Positions 11,658 through 21,585 of a stretch of DNA of 64,000 nt are shown here, one piece after another. The first letter of the stretch is position 1. Every line of letters starts with the position of its first letter. The notes beneath the pieces are model-generated. The model made no database searches. It worked only from the letters and a program-made list of their open reading frames with translations, and was not told where the DNA came from. Position numbers and translations under genes: made by a program. Source of the DNA: Calditrichia bacterium (GTDB lineage Bacteria; Calditrichota; Calditrichia; JAJRVZ01). The stretch covers positions 68,249 through 132,248 of the forward strand of contig CAVQJT010000010.1 in NCBI GenBank assembly GCA_963712885.1, given 5' to 3'.

Positions 11658-11870
11658 ATGGACAAAGATCAAATTGTATCCGAATATGTCAAGATATATT
11701 TTACGTGCCATCCCGGTGAATTACCAAAAGATCCGGATAAAGCTTTTGAACTGATGGGCCAATTGCATAAGAAATATAAAAATCGGTTTATCGATGATTT
11801 TAAGGCTAAAAGCGGTAAATTTGTTGATAAATTTATTGACGATGATGATAAAAAGGGACGGTATTACTAA
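11658..11870 (+). CDS. Hypothetical 70-aa lysine/aspartate-rich protein.
   Basis: Strong RBS (AAGGAG) at correct spacing. Convergent with csrA. Confidence 0.45.
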   Translation: MDKDQIVSEYVKIYFTCHPGELPKDPDKAFELMGQLHKKYKNRFIDDFKAKSGKFVDKFIDDDDKKGRYY

Positions 11871-11883
11871 TTCTTATAAGCGA

Positions 11884-12090
11884 TTATTTATTTTCGGGAG
11901 CATTTTTTCCTGAAACAGCAGGAAATTTTTGACCCTTTATTTTTTCATATAATTCTTCGCGGTATACTTCAACCGATCTGGGTGCTTCAATACCGATTTT
12001 GACCTGAGAAGCATCCAGATCAACTATGACTATTTTTATATTATCACCAATCGTAATCGCCTCCCCTAACCTCCTTGTCAATACCAGCAT
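11884..12090 (-). CDS. csrA: Carbon storage regulator CsrA (RNA-binding global regulator).
   Basis: MLVLTRRLGEAITIGDNIKIVIVDL...VKIGIEAPRSVEVYREELY is the canonical CsrA fold sequence. Confidence 0.9.
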   Translation of the reverse strand: MLVLTRRLGEAITIGDNIKIVIVDLDASQVKIGIEAPRSVEVYREELYEKIKGQKFPAVSGKNAPENK

Positions 12091-12103
12091 TGTTGCCTCC
12101 TAT

Positions 12104-12901
12104 CTACTTACCATTGACCCACTGCGGACTGCGCTTCTCTAAAAAAGATAATATCCCTTCCCGAAAATTTTGATGTAATCGGGTTTCCGCATTTAATTTT
12201 GCTGCATCATCCAATAATGTTTCTATGTCAATCATAACTATTTTGTTGCAAAATTCTTTTGTACTTTTTAAAGAAGATGGCGCGTTTAACTTTAAATTTT
12301 CAGCAATCTCCAGTGCTTTGGAGATCAAATCCTGACCTTTTTTTACAATAATATTGACCATGCCATAATCAAAGGCTTCTTTTGCAGATATGATCCGTCC
12401 GGTTAATAGCAGTTCTTTGGCCCTTTTTATTCCTATCGAAGCAATCAGAAATACAGAAACCAGTGCAGGGACAAAGCCAATTTTTACTTCAGGATATCCA
12501 AATTTGGCCTGATCACCCGCAATGACCAGGTCACAAACATTTGCCAGACCACAACCTCCCCCGATCGCCGGACCGTTTACCACGGCGATTGTGGGTTTTG
12601 GAAAGGTAAACAACTGAAAAAACATTTTTCGTAGAAGATCCGAATCCTTGTGATGTGCTACTATATCCTTTTCGAGTAATTCAGTCAGATGATTTAAATC
12701 TGCGCCCGCACAAAAGGCCGAACCATTACCGGTTAATATCAGCACTGATATTTCAGGCGCTGATTGATATTTAATCAATATCTCAAGTATTTCCCCAACC
12801 ATTTGGTCATTTAATGCATTCCGTTTATCAGGTCGATCTAATGTAATCGTTAAAATATTATTTCTGATATTCAGGAGGACAGATTTATATTTCTCGTTCA
12901 T
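12104..12901 (-). CDS. Enoyl-CoA hydratase/isomerase (crotonase) family; likely methylglutaconyl-CoA hydratase given its neighbour.
   Basis: Crotonase oxyanion-hole motifs (AFCAGADL, GGGCGLA). Translationally coupled (ATGA overlap) to the carboxyltransferase gene. Confidence 0.75.
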   Translation of the reverse strand: MNEKYKSVLLNIRNNILTITLDRPDKRNALNDQMVGEILEILIKYQSAPEISVLILTGNGSAFCAGADLNHLTELLEKDIVAHHKDSDLLRKMFFQLFTFPKPTIAVVNGPAIGGGCGLANVCDLVIAGDQAKFGYPEVKIGFVPALVSVFLIASIGIKRAKELLLTGRIISAKEAFDYGMVNIIVKKGQDLISKALEIAENLKLNAPSSLKSTKEFCNKIVMIDIETLLDDAAKLNAETRLHQNFREGILSFLEKRSPQWVNGK

Positions 12902-14574
12902 GTCTGAAGAATTCCGGGGTTAAACCGTTCGATATCGGAATTATTGCATACGATCCTGAGACTCTGGATCAATATCTCCCGGGTTTGATGCGGCATAATG
13001 ATCTCATCCAGCCACAATCTTGCTGCACCATATTTCGGATCGGTTTGATATGCGTAAGTTGCCTTGGTCTTTTCAAGTAAGGAATTTTTATCCTTCTCCG
13101 ACAATTTGTTGCCATCACGTTCCATTTGCCGGATCTTTATATCAACCAGCGTGTTGGCCGCCTGCGCGCCACCCATCACCGCATACCGTGCTGTGGGCCA
13201 GGCAAAAATAAAACGGGGTTCATAGGCTTTTCCACACATTGCATAGTGCCCTGCACCGAAGGTTCCTCCGATGATCAGACTTATTTTTGGTACAACCGAA
13301 TTTGAGACGACGTTAACCATTTTGGCCCCTTCCCGGATGATGCCGCTCTGCTCCGCGTCTCGTCCTACCATAAAACCGTTTACATCATGTATGAACAATA
13401 AGGGAATGGTGTTCTGGTTGCAATCCATTATGAAGCGTGTGGCTTTTGCTGCGCTTTCGCTATAGATAACCCCGCCAAATTCAGGAGGTCTGCCCTTCTC
13501 CATATAATGTTTTTTTTGATTGGCAATAATACCGACCGCATACCCTCCAATACTGGCGTACCCGCAGACAAGGGTACGTCCATAGTCTTTTTTATATTCT
13601 ATAAGTTCACTGTCATCAACCAGGCGGGCAATAATCTCGCGGATATCATAGTCCTTCAGCGGATCTGAGGGCATAATCTTTAGAATTTCCTCAGGCTTAT
13701 ACCTGGGTTCTTTCGGGGAATTCTTCTTAAAGATCATTTTTTCCCGGTTTCCCATATGGGCGACCAGTTTTCGGATTCTTGTGATCGCTGCTAAATCATC
13801 TTTTTCGAGAAAATCAACCGTTCCGCTGATGGACGAATGCATTTTAGCGCCACCCAGTTCCTCCGCATCAACAATCTGTCCGATCGCAGCCTTGACCAGA
13901 GCAGGTCCTGCCAAAAAAAGGCCGCTTCCTTCGGTCATCAATAATGAATCGCACATCACGGGTAAATATGCACCCCCCGCAACACACATCCCCATAATAG
14001 CGGTTATCTGAGGTATCCCCTTGGAGGACATGACCGCATTATAATAAAAAACCCGTCCGAAATCATCGGTATCGGGAAAGACATCTTCCTGCAGAGGGAG
14101 AAATATTCCGGCGGAATCGACAAGATAAATCGTAGGGATTCTGTTCTCCAGGGCAATCTTTTGTGCCCGAATGACTTTTTTTGAAGTCATCGGAAAGAAT
14201 GAACCGGCCTTTACGGTTGCATCGTTTGCAATAATCATGCACTCTCTGCCGCTGATCTGTCCGAATCCGGTTATGACCCCGCCGCATGGACAACCGCCCC
14301 ATTCTTCGTACATTTCATGCGCCGTAAACGTTCCCAGTTCAAATAAAACGGTTTCCGGATCGATAAGCTGCTTGATGCGTTCTCTGGCTGTCAGACGGCC
14401 CTTTTTGTGCTGTTTATCGATATTTTCAAGCCCGCCACCCAATTTTATCGTATTGATCAGCCCGGTGTATTCATCAAACACGTCACGCCAGTATTTATGA
14501 TATTTTTCACTGGCCGGTCCTTTGAGGGCTGTTTTAGAAATAATGGTATCTTCCTTATATTCAACAAATGTCAC
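12898..14574 (-). CDS. Acyl-CoA carboxylase carboxyltransferase (beta) subunit, probably the 3-methylcrotonyl-CoA carboxylase beta chain. Propionyl-CoA carboxylase beta is not excluded.
   Basis: 558 aa with two crotonase-like carboxyltransferase halves. N-terminal KGRLTARERIKQLIDP motif. Paired with a hydratase. Confidence 0.75.
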   Translation of the reverse strand: MTFVEYKEDTIISKTALKGPASEKYHKYWRDVFDEYTGLINTIKLGGGLENIDKQHKKGRLTARERIKQLIDPETVLFELGTFTAHEMYEEWGGCPCGGVITGFGQISGRECMIIANDATVKAGSFFPMTSKKVIRAQKIALENRIPTIYLVDSAGIFLPLQEDVFPDTDDFGRVFYYNAVMSSKGIPQITAIMGMCVAGGAYLPVMCDSLLMTEGSGLFLAGPALVKAAIGQIVDAEELGGAKMHSSISGTVDFLEKDDLAAITRIRKLVAHMGNREKMIFKKNSPKEPRYKPEEILKIMPSDPLKDYDIREIIARLVDDSELIEYKKDYGRTLVCGYASIGGYAVGIIANQKKHYMEKGRPPEFGGVIYSESAAKATRFIMDCNQNTIPLLFIHDVNGFMVGRDAEQSGIIREGAKMVNVVSNSVVPKISLIIGGTFGAGHYAMCGKAYEPRFIFAWPTARYAVMGGAQAANTLVDIKIRQMERDGNKLSEKDKNSLLEKTKATYAYQTDPKYGAARLWLDEIIMPHQTREILIQSLRIVCNNSDIERFNPGILQT

Positions 14575-14597
14575 GAATTATTTCCCCTTCTTTATAT

Positions 14598-15416
14598 TCA
14601 CCATGTAGCCGGTGACACCTTTTTTAGATACGCCATTACGGCCTCCAGCACCCCCCCGGAAATTGCAACAGATTTAGGCGGAATTTCTCTGATTTCCGGA
14701 TAAAATGATCCGGCTGTCTGGATTTCAACCAGAAACTGATGCCGTGCGACAAAATGACCGCTATGAAGTATTCCGGCGATGTATCCATTTTGTGGTGACA
14801 GGATATTGATTTCATTGATCATTCCAATATTCTGACGTTCTTTTACAGGCTCTCCTGCAGAGAGAGCGGCCACAAAAACGCCTTCAATCGGTGCCTTCAC
14901 GGCATCCCGTAAATCAACCTGGTCTGTGGTCTGATTATGCCGTTTATAATATACCCTTCCCTGATCTCTTCTTCCTTCACCGATGATGACATGGCCGTCA
15001 ATACCCACGTTATATTGTATACCAATCTTAACCACATATGGATATTCATGCCATAATAAGCTGGGTTCAGGATCATTCTCCCGGCAATCGATAACGATTT
15101 CCGGTTTTAGCTGATCTAATACTTCTGAAATGGTACCTGAAACGAGGGGTATGTTACGGTCATTGAATGCGAATCTGATGGACTCCGGATCAAATGCAGC
15201 GGAATTATCCATATTACCAAGATACCGCCCATTAATATCATCAACTTGTTTAGTACCACAATATACCAGATCTGAAAAATTCCTGAAATAATGAAGATCT
15301 GATGGATTTGAGGATTCTAAAAGCAGCGGTCTCAGGCCGGCACGATATACTCTGATAGCGGATGCGGTACCCCGGTCACCAGCCCCGAGTACTACGATTT
15401 TTGCATTCCATTGCAT
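14598..15416 (-). CDS. YqeB/EF2563-family protein (an XdhC-like Rossmann accessory protein of selenium-dependent molybdenum hydroxylase systems).
   Basis: N-terminal KIVVLGAGDRGTASAIRVYRAGLRPLLLE...VYCG pattern, as in the short YqeB family. About 270 aa. Confidence 0.5.
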   Translation of the reverse strand: MQWNAKIVVLGAGDRGTASAIRVYRAGLRPLLLESSNPSDLHYFRNFSDLVYCGTKQVDDINGRYLGNMDNSAAFDPESIRFAFNDRNIPLVSGTISEVLDQLKPEIVIDCRENDPEPSLLWHEYPYVVKIGIQYNVGIDGHVIIGEGRRDQGRVYYKRHNQTTDQVDLRDAVKAPIEGVFVAALSAGEPVKERQNIGMINEINILSPQNGYIAGILHSGHFVARHQFLVEIQTAGSFYPEIREIPPKSVAISGGVLEAVMAYLKKVSPATW

Positions 15417-15421
15417 TTTAT

Positions 15422-16150
15422 TTATTCAATAAGCTGAAACTGCGAATTGAACACACTTCCGATGATCACCCGATCAAATCCGGACTGTTTTACTTTTTTA
15501 CCAAAGGAGTGTGCCAGGTTCTGGGTAAATATATTTTCAACCTTGTTAAGAAAAAATGTTACCGGAGTATTTTTATTTTTTATTTTTTTAAAAATATCAC
15601 GTGAATCGATCCATTCAGCCAGATTGATCGGTGTCAGCATATCTTTGTTCAACCAGAAAGTATCCCGACTTTTTATCCATGTATCACTTTTTTGTTTATT
15701 GAAAGCGTCGGCGCCCATGATGTTGATCCAACGGTCCGCGTTATTTAGAACGGCATTTTTTACATACCCGCTAACCGATCTGCCATTTGTGGTATCCGCC
15801 TCGATAAATATACGATCTGCCGGTAATTCCAATTTAAGTAATCGTTGAATTTCATTATTAGAAAATGCTTCAAGCTTATCATTTTGCAGTTTTTTGCCCA
15901 CATAGACAACCGGTGATGATTTTAATTCAAGCTTTAACTGCGCTATAAAGTTTTTTTTATCGTCGGTGATCAGCGTATGCGCTTCCAGTGGTATGATCGA
16001 ATTAAACATTGAAAATATAGCCGCGGTTTGTCCTATAGAAATGCAATCTTTACTGAGATGATGGATCAGAGTCGATTTACCACCGCCACCGATAAAACAT
16101 ATCAATTTTTCATCCGGATCAAGAAACATGGAGGAAGAGGAATTTTTCAT
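15422..16150 (-). CDS. YqeC-family P-loop protein (selenium-dependent hydroxylase accessory protein).
   Basis: ICFIGGGGKSTL Walker-A-like motif near the N-terminus. Size about 240 aa. Adjacent to the YqeB-like gene. Confidence 0.5.
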   Translation of the reverse strand: MKNSSSSMFLDPDEKLICFIGGGGKSTLIHHLSKDCISIGQTAAIFSMFNSIIPLEAHTLITDDKKNFIAQLKLELKSSPVVYVGKKLQNDKLEAFSNNEIQRLLKLELPADRIFIEADTTNGRSVSGYVKNAVLNNADRWINIMGADAFNKQKSDTWIKSRDTFWLNKDMLTPINLAEWIDSRDIFKKIKNKNTPVTFFLNKVENIFTQNLAHSFGKKVKQSGFDRVIIGSVFNSQFQLIE

Positions 16151-16151
16151 C

Positions 16152-16574
16152 TCAGACCTGAGGCATTAAGGGAATACCAAATTGTTTCAGATGATCGTCA
16201 AAAGAAAAAATGAAGTTTATTTTTTTCTTGCGTACATCCTCAAAAATGGCACAATGTAAGACATTTATATCAGGATCTTTGATCGAGAAGAAATGTTTAA
16301 GCGTTGCCCTTCGCATTCGGCGGGTATACCAGGATATATGCAAATTGGATGATACCAGAGCATCGTCAATGATTTTACTAAAATCAATTGAAGTTGCCAG
16401 ATCGCAGTTTCTTTTTATATCCGAAATGGATGTGTTAATCTCCAGGATATTGGTATATAATTTCGCATTTGAATCGAGCAGGCTTTGATAATATTCCCTT
16501 GCGTACTGATGAAATTGGTGATCTCTGTTTACCAGAGCATGCCAGCCGGTGGCATCAATGAAGACCTTGATCAT
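16152..16574 (-). CDS. vapC: PIN-domain toxin, VapC family.
   Basis: MIKVFIDATGW...ALV start typical of PIN domains. Immediately downstream of a small AbrB-type gene. Confidence 0.7.
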   Translation of the reverse strand: MIKVFIDATGWHALVNRDHQFHQYAREYYQSLLDSNAKLYTNILEINTSISDIKRNCDLATSIDFSKIIDDALVSSNLHISWYTRRMRRATLKHFFSIKDPDINVLHCAIFEDVRKKKINFIFSFDDHLKQFGIPLMPQV

Positions 16575-16577
16575 GGA

Positions 16578-16781
16578 CTATATACTCCTGGGATCTGAGA
16601 GATCGAGAATTTTGGCCAGTGGATTGCGATCGATTTTTAATTCCAGGCGACGACTTCGAATCTTTTTGACCAGAACCTCCAGTTTATCACCTTCCATCAG
16701 ATTTAACCGGTCGCGGACTTCTTTCGGGATTGCAACCCTTCCCTCCGCATCACTTGCCGCAATAAATGTACCTGTTTTCAT
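16578..16781 (-). CDS. vapB: AbrB/MazE/SpoVT-family antitoxin (VapB-like).
   Basis: 67 aa, RVAIPKEVRDRLNLMEGDKLEV swapped-hairpin motif; 4-nt spacing to vapC. Confidence 0.7.
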   Translation of the reverse strand: MKTGTFIAASDAEGRVAIPKEVRDRLNLMEGDKLEVLVKKIRSRRLELKIDRNPLAKILDLSDPRSI

Positions 16782-16787
16782 TTCGGA

Positions 16788-17669
16788 TCAACCCTCCAGA
16801 TACCACTTTTTGAATTCCTGGGTATCAAATATACCATCCTCACAGATAATTTTAGATACATACTTCAGCGGAATGGATTCATAATAAAAATTCTCTGCTT
16901 TCAGTTTCCGTGTCTTTCCGGTATAAACTTCTTTTGGATCCTCCGGGTAAAACCTCACCGCAAAATCGGTTTCCTTCAAAATCTTACCGGTTTCGGCTGC
17001 CATATAAAAAGGTACCTTATACGCTGAAGCACCCAGGGCCAATGCCAGTGTGCCGGCTTTATTGATGTAGCTATCCTCGCATATCCGGTCAGCACCGGTG
17101 ATGATCAGATTCATTTTCTGTAAAGTACCCATTATTCCGGCATCCGTAATCAGAACACACTGAATGCCGTGCGAGGTTAACTCCTCCAAAAAACGCGTGC
17201 CCTCATTAAGGGGTCTGCTCTCGCTACAGTAGACCGTAAATTTCCGATTCAGCCGGTGTGCTTTGAGGAGAATATCTCTTATATTTGAACTGTAACTCAG
17301 CGTAAGTATCTTACTTTGATTGAGAATAATTTTTGCTCCCGCCTCCGATATCTTTTTCCGTGATTCGCCTATCGTATCAATCAATTCATCAATACGCATA
17401 ATGTTCTTTTTCCTGACATCTTTCAGATCCGCATCCGCTTTCGCGATTCGTTTGACGTAATAAACCACTGCGGTGACGTTATTTCGAACAGCCACATTAT
17501 TGGGATACATTTTTATGGCCTGTCGCCCGGTTTTACTGAGCCAATCCGAATAAGCCGGTGCTGTCCGGGATGTATCCTTATTAATATAGATTTTTAATTG
17601 TTCAAGAATGTCGATAGTCAGTAAAGAGGACCCTCTGAACGGTATATCCGTAAAATAATCTGCTGGCAT
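16788..17669 (-). CDS. eIF-2B alpha/beta/delta-family sugar-phosphate isomerase (methylthioribose-1-phosphate isomerase or ribose-1,5-bisphosphate isomerase-like).
   Basis: Family-typical C-terminal half (TVYCSESRPLNEGTRF...GADRI...NKAGT). Confidence 0.6.
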   Translation of the reverse strand: MPADYFTDIPFRGSSLLTIDILEQLKIYINKDTSRTAPAYSDWLSKTGRQAIKMYPNNVAVRNNVTAVVYYVKRIAKADADLKDVRKKNIMRIDELIDTIGESRKKISEAGAKIILNQSKILTLSYSSNIRDILLKAHRLNRKFTVYCSESRPLNEGTRFLEELTSHGIQCVLITDAGIMGTLQKMNLIITGADRICEDSYINKAGTLALALGASAYKVPFYMAAETGKILKETDFAVRFYPEDPKEVYTGKTRKLKAENFYYESIPLKYVSKIICEDGIFDTQEFKKWYLEG

Positions 17670-17671
17670 GT

Positions 17672-17993
17672 TTACTCCACGTTCTCAATAATCCAATCCA
17701 TATAGGCCTGAGATGCATTCTCTATCGGGGTAGCAATAATTTCAGGTACTGTATACGGGTGAACCATTTTAATCTCTTTTTCAAGTTGTTCATACCGTCT
17801 CGAGGTGGTTTTTATCAAAATCAGATGTTCCGTTGATTCCTTAACATGACCTTCCCAACGATAGACCGAGCCGATATTTGAAATGATATTACAGCAGGCA
17901 GCTGAATTTCTTCGACACCAACAATTGGGCAATATTTTTTGCACTGGAGATATCGGGTGCCGTGCAATAAACAAGTAATGCTGTTTCTTTCAT
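17672..17993 (-). CDS. cutA: Divalent-cation tolerance protein CutA, with a 1-nt frameshift near 17880.
   Basis: C-terminal HPYTVPEIIATPIENASQAYMDWI plus AACCNIISNIGSVYRWEG match CutA. The N-terminal MKETALLVYCTAPD is in a different frame. Confidence 0.6.
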
Positions 17994-18082
17994 GGTAAAA
18001 TCCCCGCCGGCATGCTTTTATACTACACATTCACCGCTTTCAAATCAAGATCATTTTCTTAAAAGTAAACCTCTTGGCCGGC

Positions 18083-18657
18083 TTATGTATCCAGAAACGA
18101 CTTGATGAAATACCGATGGATCCGGACATCTTCGGTTAGTTCGGGATGAAAAGTGCAGACCAGAATCTTTCCGGCAGCAGCCATTACTACATCCTGGCCG
18201 TGACGGCCGAGAATTTTTACGTCCCTTCCCATCCGGGTGATTTTTGGCGCCCTGATAAAAACACCTTGAAAATGATCGCTTTTACCGTTTAAGAATATGT
18301 TGATATCGTCATAGAAAGATTCTTTTTGCCGGCCATATGCATTACGTTCAACACCGATATCGATAAGACCTAATGGGGCTTGCTCCAATCTGTCCACGTC
18401 GCTTGCCAGAATAATTAAACCTGCGCAGGTACCCATTATGGGTTTGCTTTGAGCGAATTCTATGACCGCCTGATCGAATTTATTTAAGGCGAACAATTTT
18501 TGTAGCGTGGTTGATTCACCACCAGGAATGATTAAACCATCCACATCCTGCAGGCGCTCAGGTACCCGAATTTGTACGGCTTTATGCCCCAAACGATTGA
18601 TGACTTGCGCATGTTTGGCAAAGTCCCCCTGAAGGGCAAGCACACCTATATTTTTCA
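18083..18657 (-). CDS. pdxT: Pyridoxal 5'-phosphate synthase glutaminase subunit.
   Basis: IGVLALQGDF..GLIIPGGESTT..GTCAG..HPE motifs. Start trimmed to a TTG just after the pdxS stop. Confidence 0.85.
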
Positions 18658-18659
18658 AA

Positions 18660-19541
18660 TCACCAACCCCGGTTTTGCAGCAACGCTTCTTCAGGTAGAC
18701 TGGCGACATCGATACCTGGCATGGCATCACCCAGTTTTTCACTGGCTCTGGCGACCGTATCAGGGTCATTAAAATGGGTCGTAGAAATCACAATTGCCTT
18801 GGCTCTTTCTGCGGGATCGCTCGATTTAAATATCCCTGAGCCGACAAAGACAGATTCAGCCCCTAATTGCATCATAAGTGAAGCATCAGCCGGTGTGGCG
18901 ATACCTCCGGCTGCAAAATTTGGAACAGGAATTTTACCATTTTCCTTCACATATTGAACCAGTTCCAGTGGGCTTCCGATATGCTTGGCATAGGCTACCA
19001 ATTCGTCATCACCAAGCGTTCCGATACGTTTGATTTCCTTCTGGACCATGCGCATATGTCTTACCGCTTCTACGATATCCCCTGAACCGGCTTCTCCTTT
19101 CGTTCGAATCAGGGCTGCCCCTTCGCTTATCCGGCGCAAGGCTTCACCGATCTCCCGGCATCCGCATACAAAAGGAATCTTAAAATTATGTTTCCAGATA
19201 TGATTCTCCTCATCGGCCGGTGTCAATACCTCACTTTCATCGATAAAATCCACACCCAGCGATTCCAGTACCTGAGCTTCAGCAAAATGGCCGATGCGGC
19301 ATTTTGCCATTACGGGAATTGAAACGATTTTTTGTATTTCTTTTATCATTTTTGGATTTGACATACGTGCCACGCCGCCATCTGCCCTAATGTCGGCCGG
19401 AATACGTTCAAGCGCCATGACGGCAACCGCCCCTGCATCTTCAGCTATTTTTGCCTGCTCTGCATTGGTGACGTCCATAATGACTCCACCCTTTAACATT
19501 TCTGCTAAACCAACTTTTAACAGAAATTCTTTATTTAACAT
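18660..19541 (-). CDS. pdxS: Pyridoxal 5'-phosphate synthase lyase subunit.
   Basis: Highly conserved PdxS sequence ([31 protein letters not shown]). Confidence 0.95.
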   Translation of the reverse strand: MLNKEFLLKVGLAEMLKGGVIMDVTNAEQAKIAEDAGAVAVMALERIPADIRADGGVARMSNPKMIKEIQKIVSIPVMAKCRIGHFAEAQVLESLGVDFIDESEVLTPADEENHIWKHNFKIPFVCGCREIGEALRRISEGAALIRTKGEAGSGDIVEAVRHMRMVQKEIKRIGTLGDDELVAYAKHIGSPLELVQYVKENGKIPVPNFAAGGIATPADASLMMQLGAESVFVGSGIFKSSDPAERAKAIVISTTHFNDPDTVARASEKLGDAMPGIDVASLPEEALLQNRGW

Positions 19542-19674
19542 CTATCTTTCTCCCTTTTCTTTACAGCATATTAATTTAGCAACTCATCCAGCTAAAATCA
19601 ATCAATTCAAACCGTTACATGTTCCACTGAGCGCAGCCGTCTTTCAATACTTCCGATCGTATCGGCAACATGTT

Positions 19675-20631
19675 TTATAAAACCGTGGATAAACAGACTG
19701 CCAAGCCGCCGATATAATAAAGGACCGCCAAAATAAAGATTATCCTCACCACGGGCAATCTCCCATTCGTATCGGTGAGCGGAAATTTTGTTTTTTTATC
19801 AATTGACAGGTTGAGTGTCCGCAAATGGCTGATTGTGGGCCGATACCCGGTGGCACAAATTATCGCATCTACTTTTAACACCTCATCATTGTAATATATT
19901 TGATCCCCATCGACACGTCTGATTTGGGCATTTGGTATATAACGGATCAGCTCCATCGAGATTAGTTCCTTAAGAAAACTTTCTGATATACCGCGAATAT
20001 GACAGAGATTTTTTGTTTTGCTAAAAAACTGTAATTCCCCGCGCGTCATCAGGAATACCTGAGAAAAACCGACAAGATCGATCGCAATCTCGGCCCCACT
20101 ATTTCCGCCGCCAATAACCAATACCCGTTTATTGTTATAGGGCATGCTGTCTTTATAGTGATGCGAATGTTTAGTAATTTTGTTGTCCTGCATACCCTGA
20201 ATTGCGGGTATAAAGGGATTGCCAAAAAATCCTGTAGCGTTATAAATAAAGGGTGCCTGATATAATCCTCTGTTGGTGTCTAATTCATACCGATCCGAAT
20301 TTTTGGTTATTTTTTTAACGGTTGTATTTGTCTCGACATTTAAGGCAAAATGCTCATAGTACTCCTGCAGGTAATAAACAAATTCGGCTGCGGAACAGTA
20401 AGGACGTGATATATTCAACCGCCAGATGGGAAATTCAGAAGAAATACTGGTCCAGTCTCGTTGCGGATGATTTGGTGATAGCATGGGCATGGATGGTCGT
20501 ATATCCCGCCAGGCTTGCGCAATATCACCCTTTTCAAGTATGAGATAGTCTAACCCTCTTTTTTGCGCAACTCTTCCAGCTTTCAACCCGGCAGGGCCAC
20601 TGCCAATGATAATCAGCTCAACCTGTTTCAT
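19675..20631 (-). CDS. FAD/NAD(P)-binding oxidoreductase (flavin-containing monooxygenase / pyridine nucleotide-disulfide oxidoreductase-like).
   Basis: Two dinucleotide-binding motifs, IIGSGPAG and VIGGGNSG. Confidence 0.6.
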   Translation of the reverse strand: MKQVELIIIGSGPAGLKAGRVAQKRGLDYLILEKGDIAQAWRDIRPSMPMLSPNHPQRDWTSISSEFPIWRLNISRPYCSAAEFVYYLQEYYEHFALNVETNTTVKKITKNSDRYELDTNRGLYQAPFIYNATGFFGNPFIPAIQGMQDNKITKHSHHYKDSMPYNNKRVLVIGGGNSGAEIAIDLVGFSQVFLMTRGELQFFSKTKNLCHIRGISESFLKELISMELIRYIPNAQIRRVDGDQIYYNDEVLKVDAIICATGYRPTISHLRTLNLSIDKKTKFPLTDTNGRLPVVRIIFILAVLYYIGGLAVCLSTVL

Positions 20632-20632
20632 C

Positions 20633-21572
20633 TCACTTTCCTGTTATAAATAGATACTTGGTTTCCAGGAGGGCCATTACTGATTTAATAATATCCTGCC
20701 CCACTCTTTCTTGAGATTCCTTAGTCGCAGCACCGATATGAGGTGTGACGATAACTTTTTCATGTTCAATCAGCGGATAACGTACAGGTGGTTCCTGTTC
20801 AAATACATCCAGAGCCGCTCCGGCTATCAGATTTTCATTCAGCGCCCGTAAAAGATCATCTTCATTCACAATTCCACCGCGTGCACAATTTATCAGAAAT
20901 GCCGATGGTTTCATCATAGACTAACCGTGAATATGTTATCATATTTTCGGTATTGACATTTTTCGGAACGTGCAGTGTAATAAAATCTGATTTCCGCAGT
21001 AATTCATCGAGTAGAACCAGTTCAAATTCATATCCCGGTGATCTTTGAATCGCAGAAGTTTTGTAGATTAACACCCGCATACCAAGCGCAGCGGCCATAC
21101 GACCGACCTTCTGCCCGATCGTTCCAAAACCGATCAACCCAATGGTCTTTCCGGAAATTTCACTGCCGGTTAGTTCCGATTTAAGCCAGTCATGCGATTT
21201 TAACGAATTTACCGCCTGGTGAATGTTTCGTGACAGTATGAAACAAAATCCGATCGTAAGTTCAGCTACCGCGTTCGCGTTACTTCCCGGGGTATTCAAA
21301 ATATCAATACCTTTTTCCCGGGCTGCCTCCGTGTCGATATTATCAAGACCGGAACCTGCCCGACCAATCACTTTTAGATTTTTCGCAGCTTCAATCACCC
21401 TGCGATTTACCTGTGTTTTGCTGCGCACGATTAAGGCATGATATGCACCAATAAGATCGATGAGCTTTTCAGCAGATAGATTCGTCTTAACCTGGACATC
21501 ATATTCTTTTTTCCCCACAATCAGTTCCAGTGCAGATTCAGGCAAATCGTCCGTAATCAATATTCTATACAT
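20633..21572 (-). CDS. D-isomer-specific 2-hydroxyacid dehydrogenase (phosphoglycerate dehydrogenase-like), frameshifted near 20900.
   Basis: N-terminal ORF 20862..21617 and C-terminal ORF 20633..20917 together give the family pattern [10 protein letters not shown]...CARGG..DE.AL. Start taken at [10 protein letters not shown]. Confidence 0.7.
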
Positions 21573-21585
21573 TTCACAACGCCAT

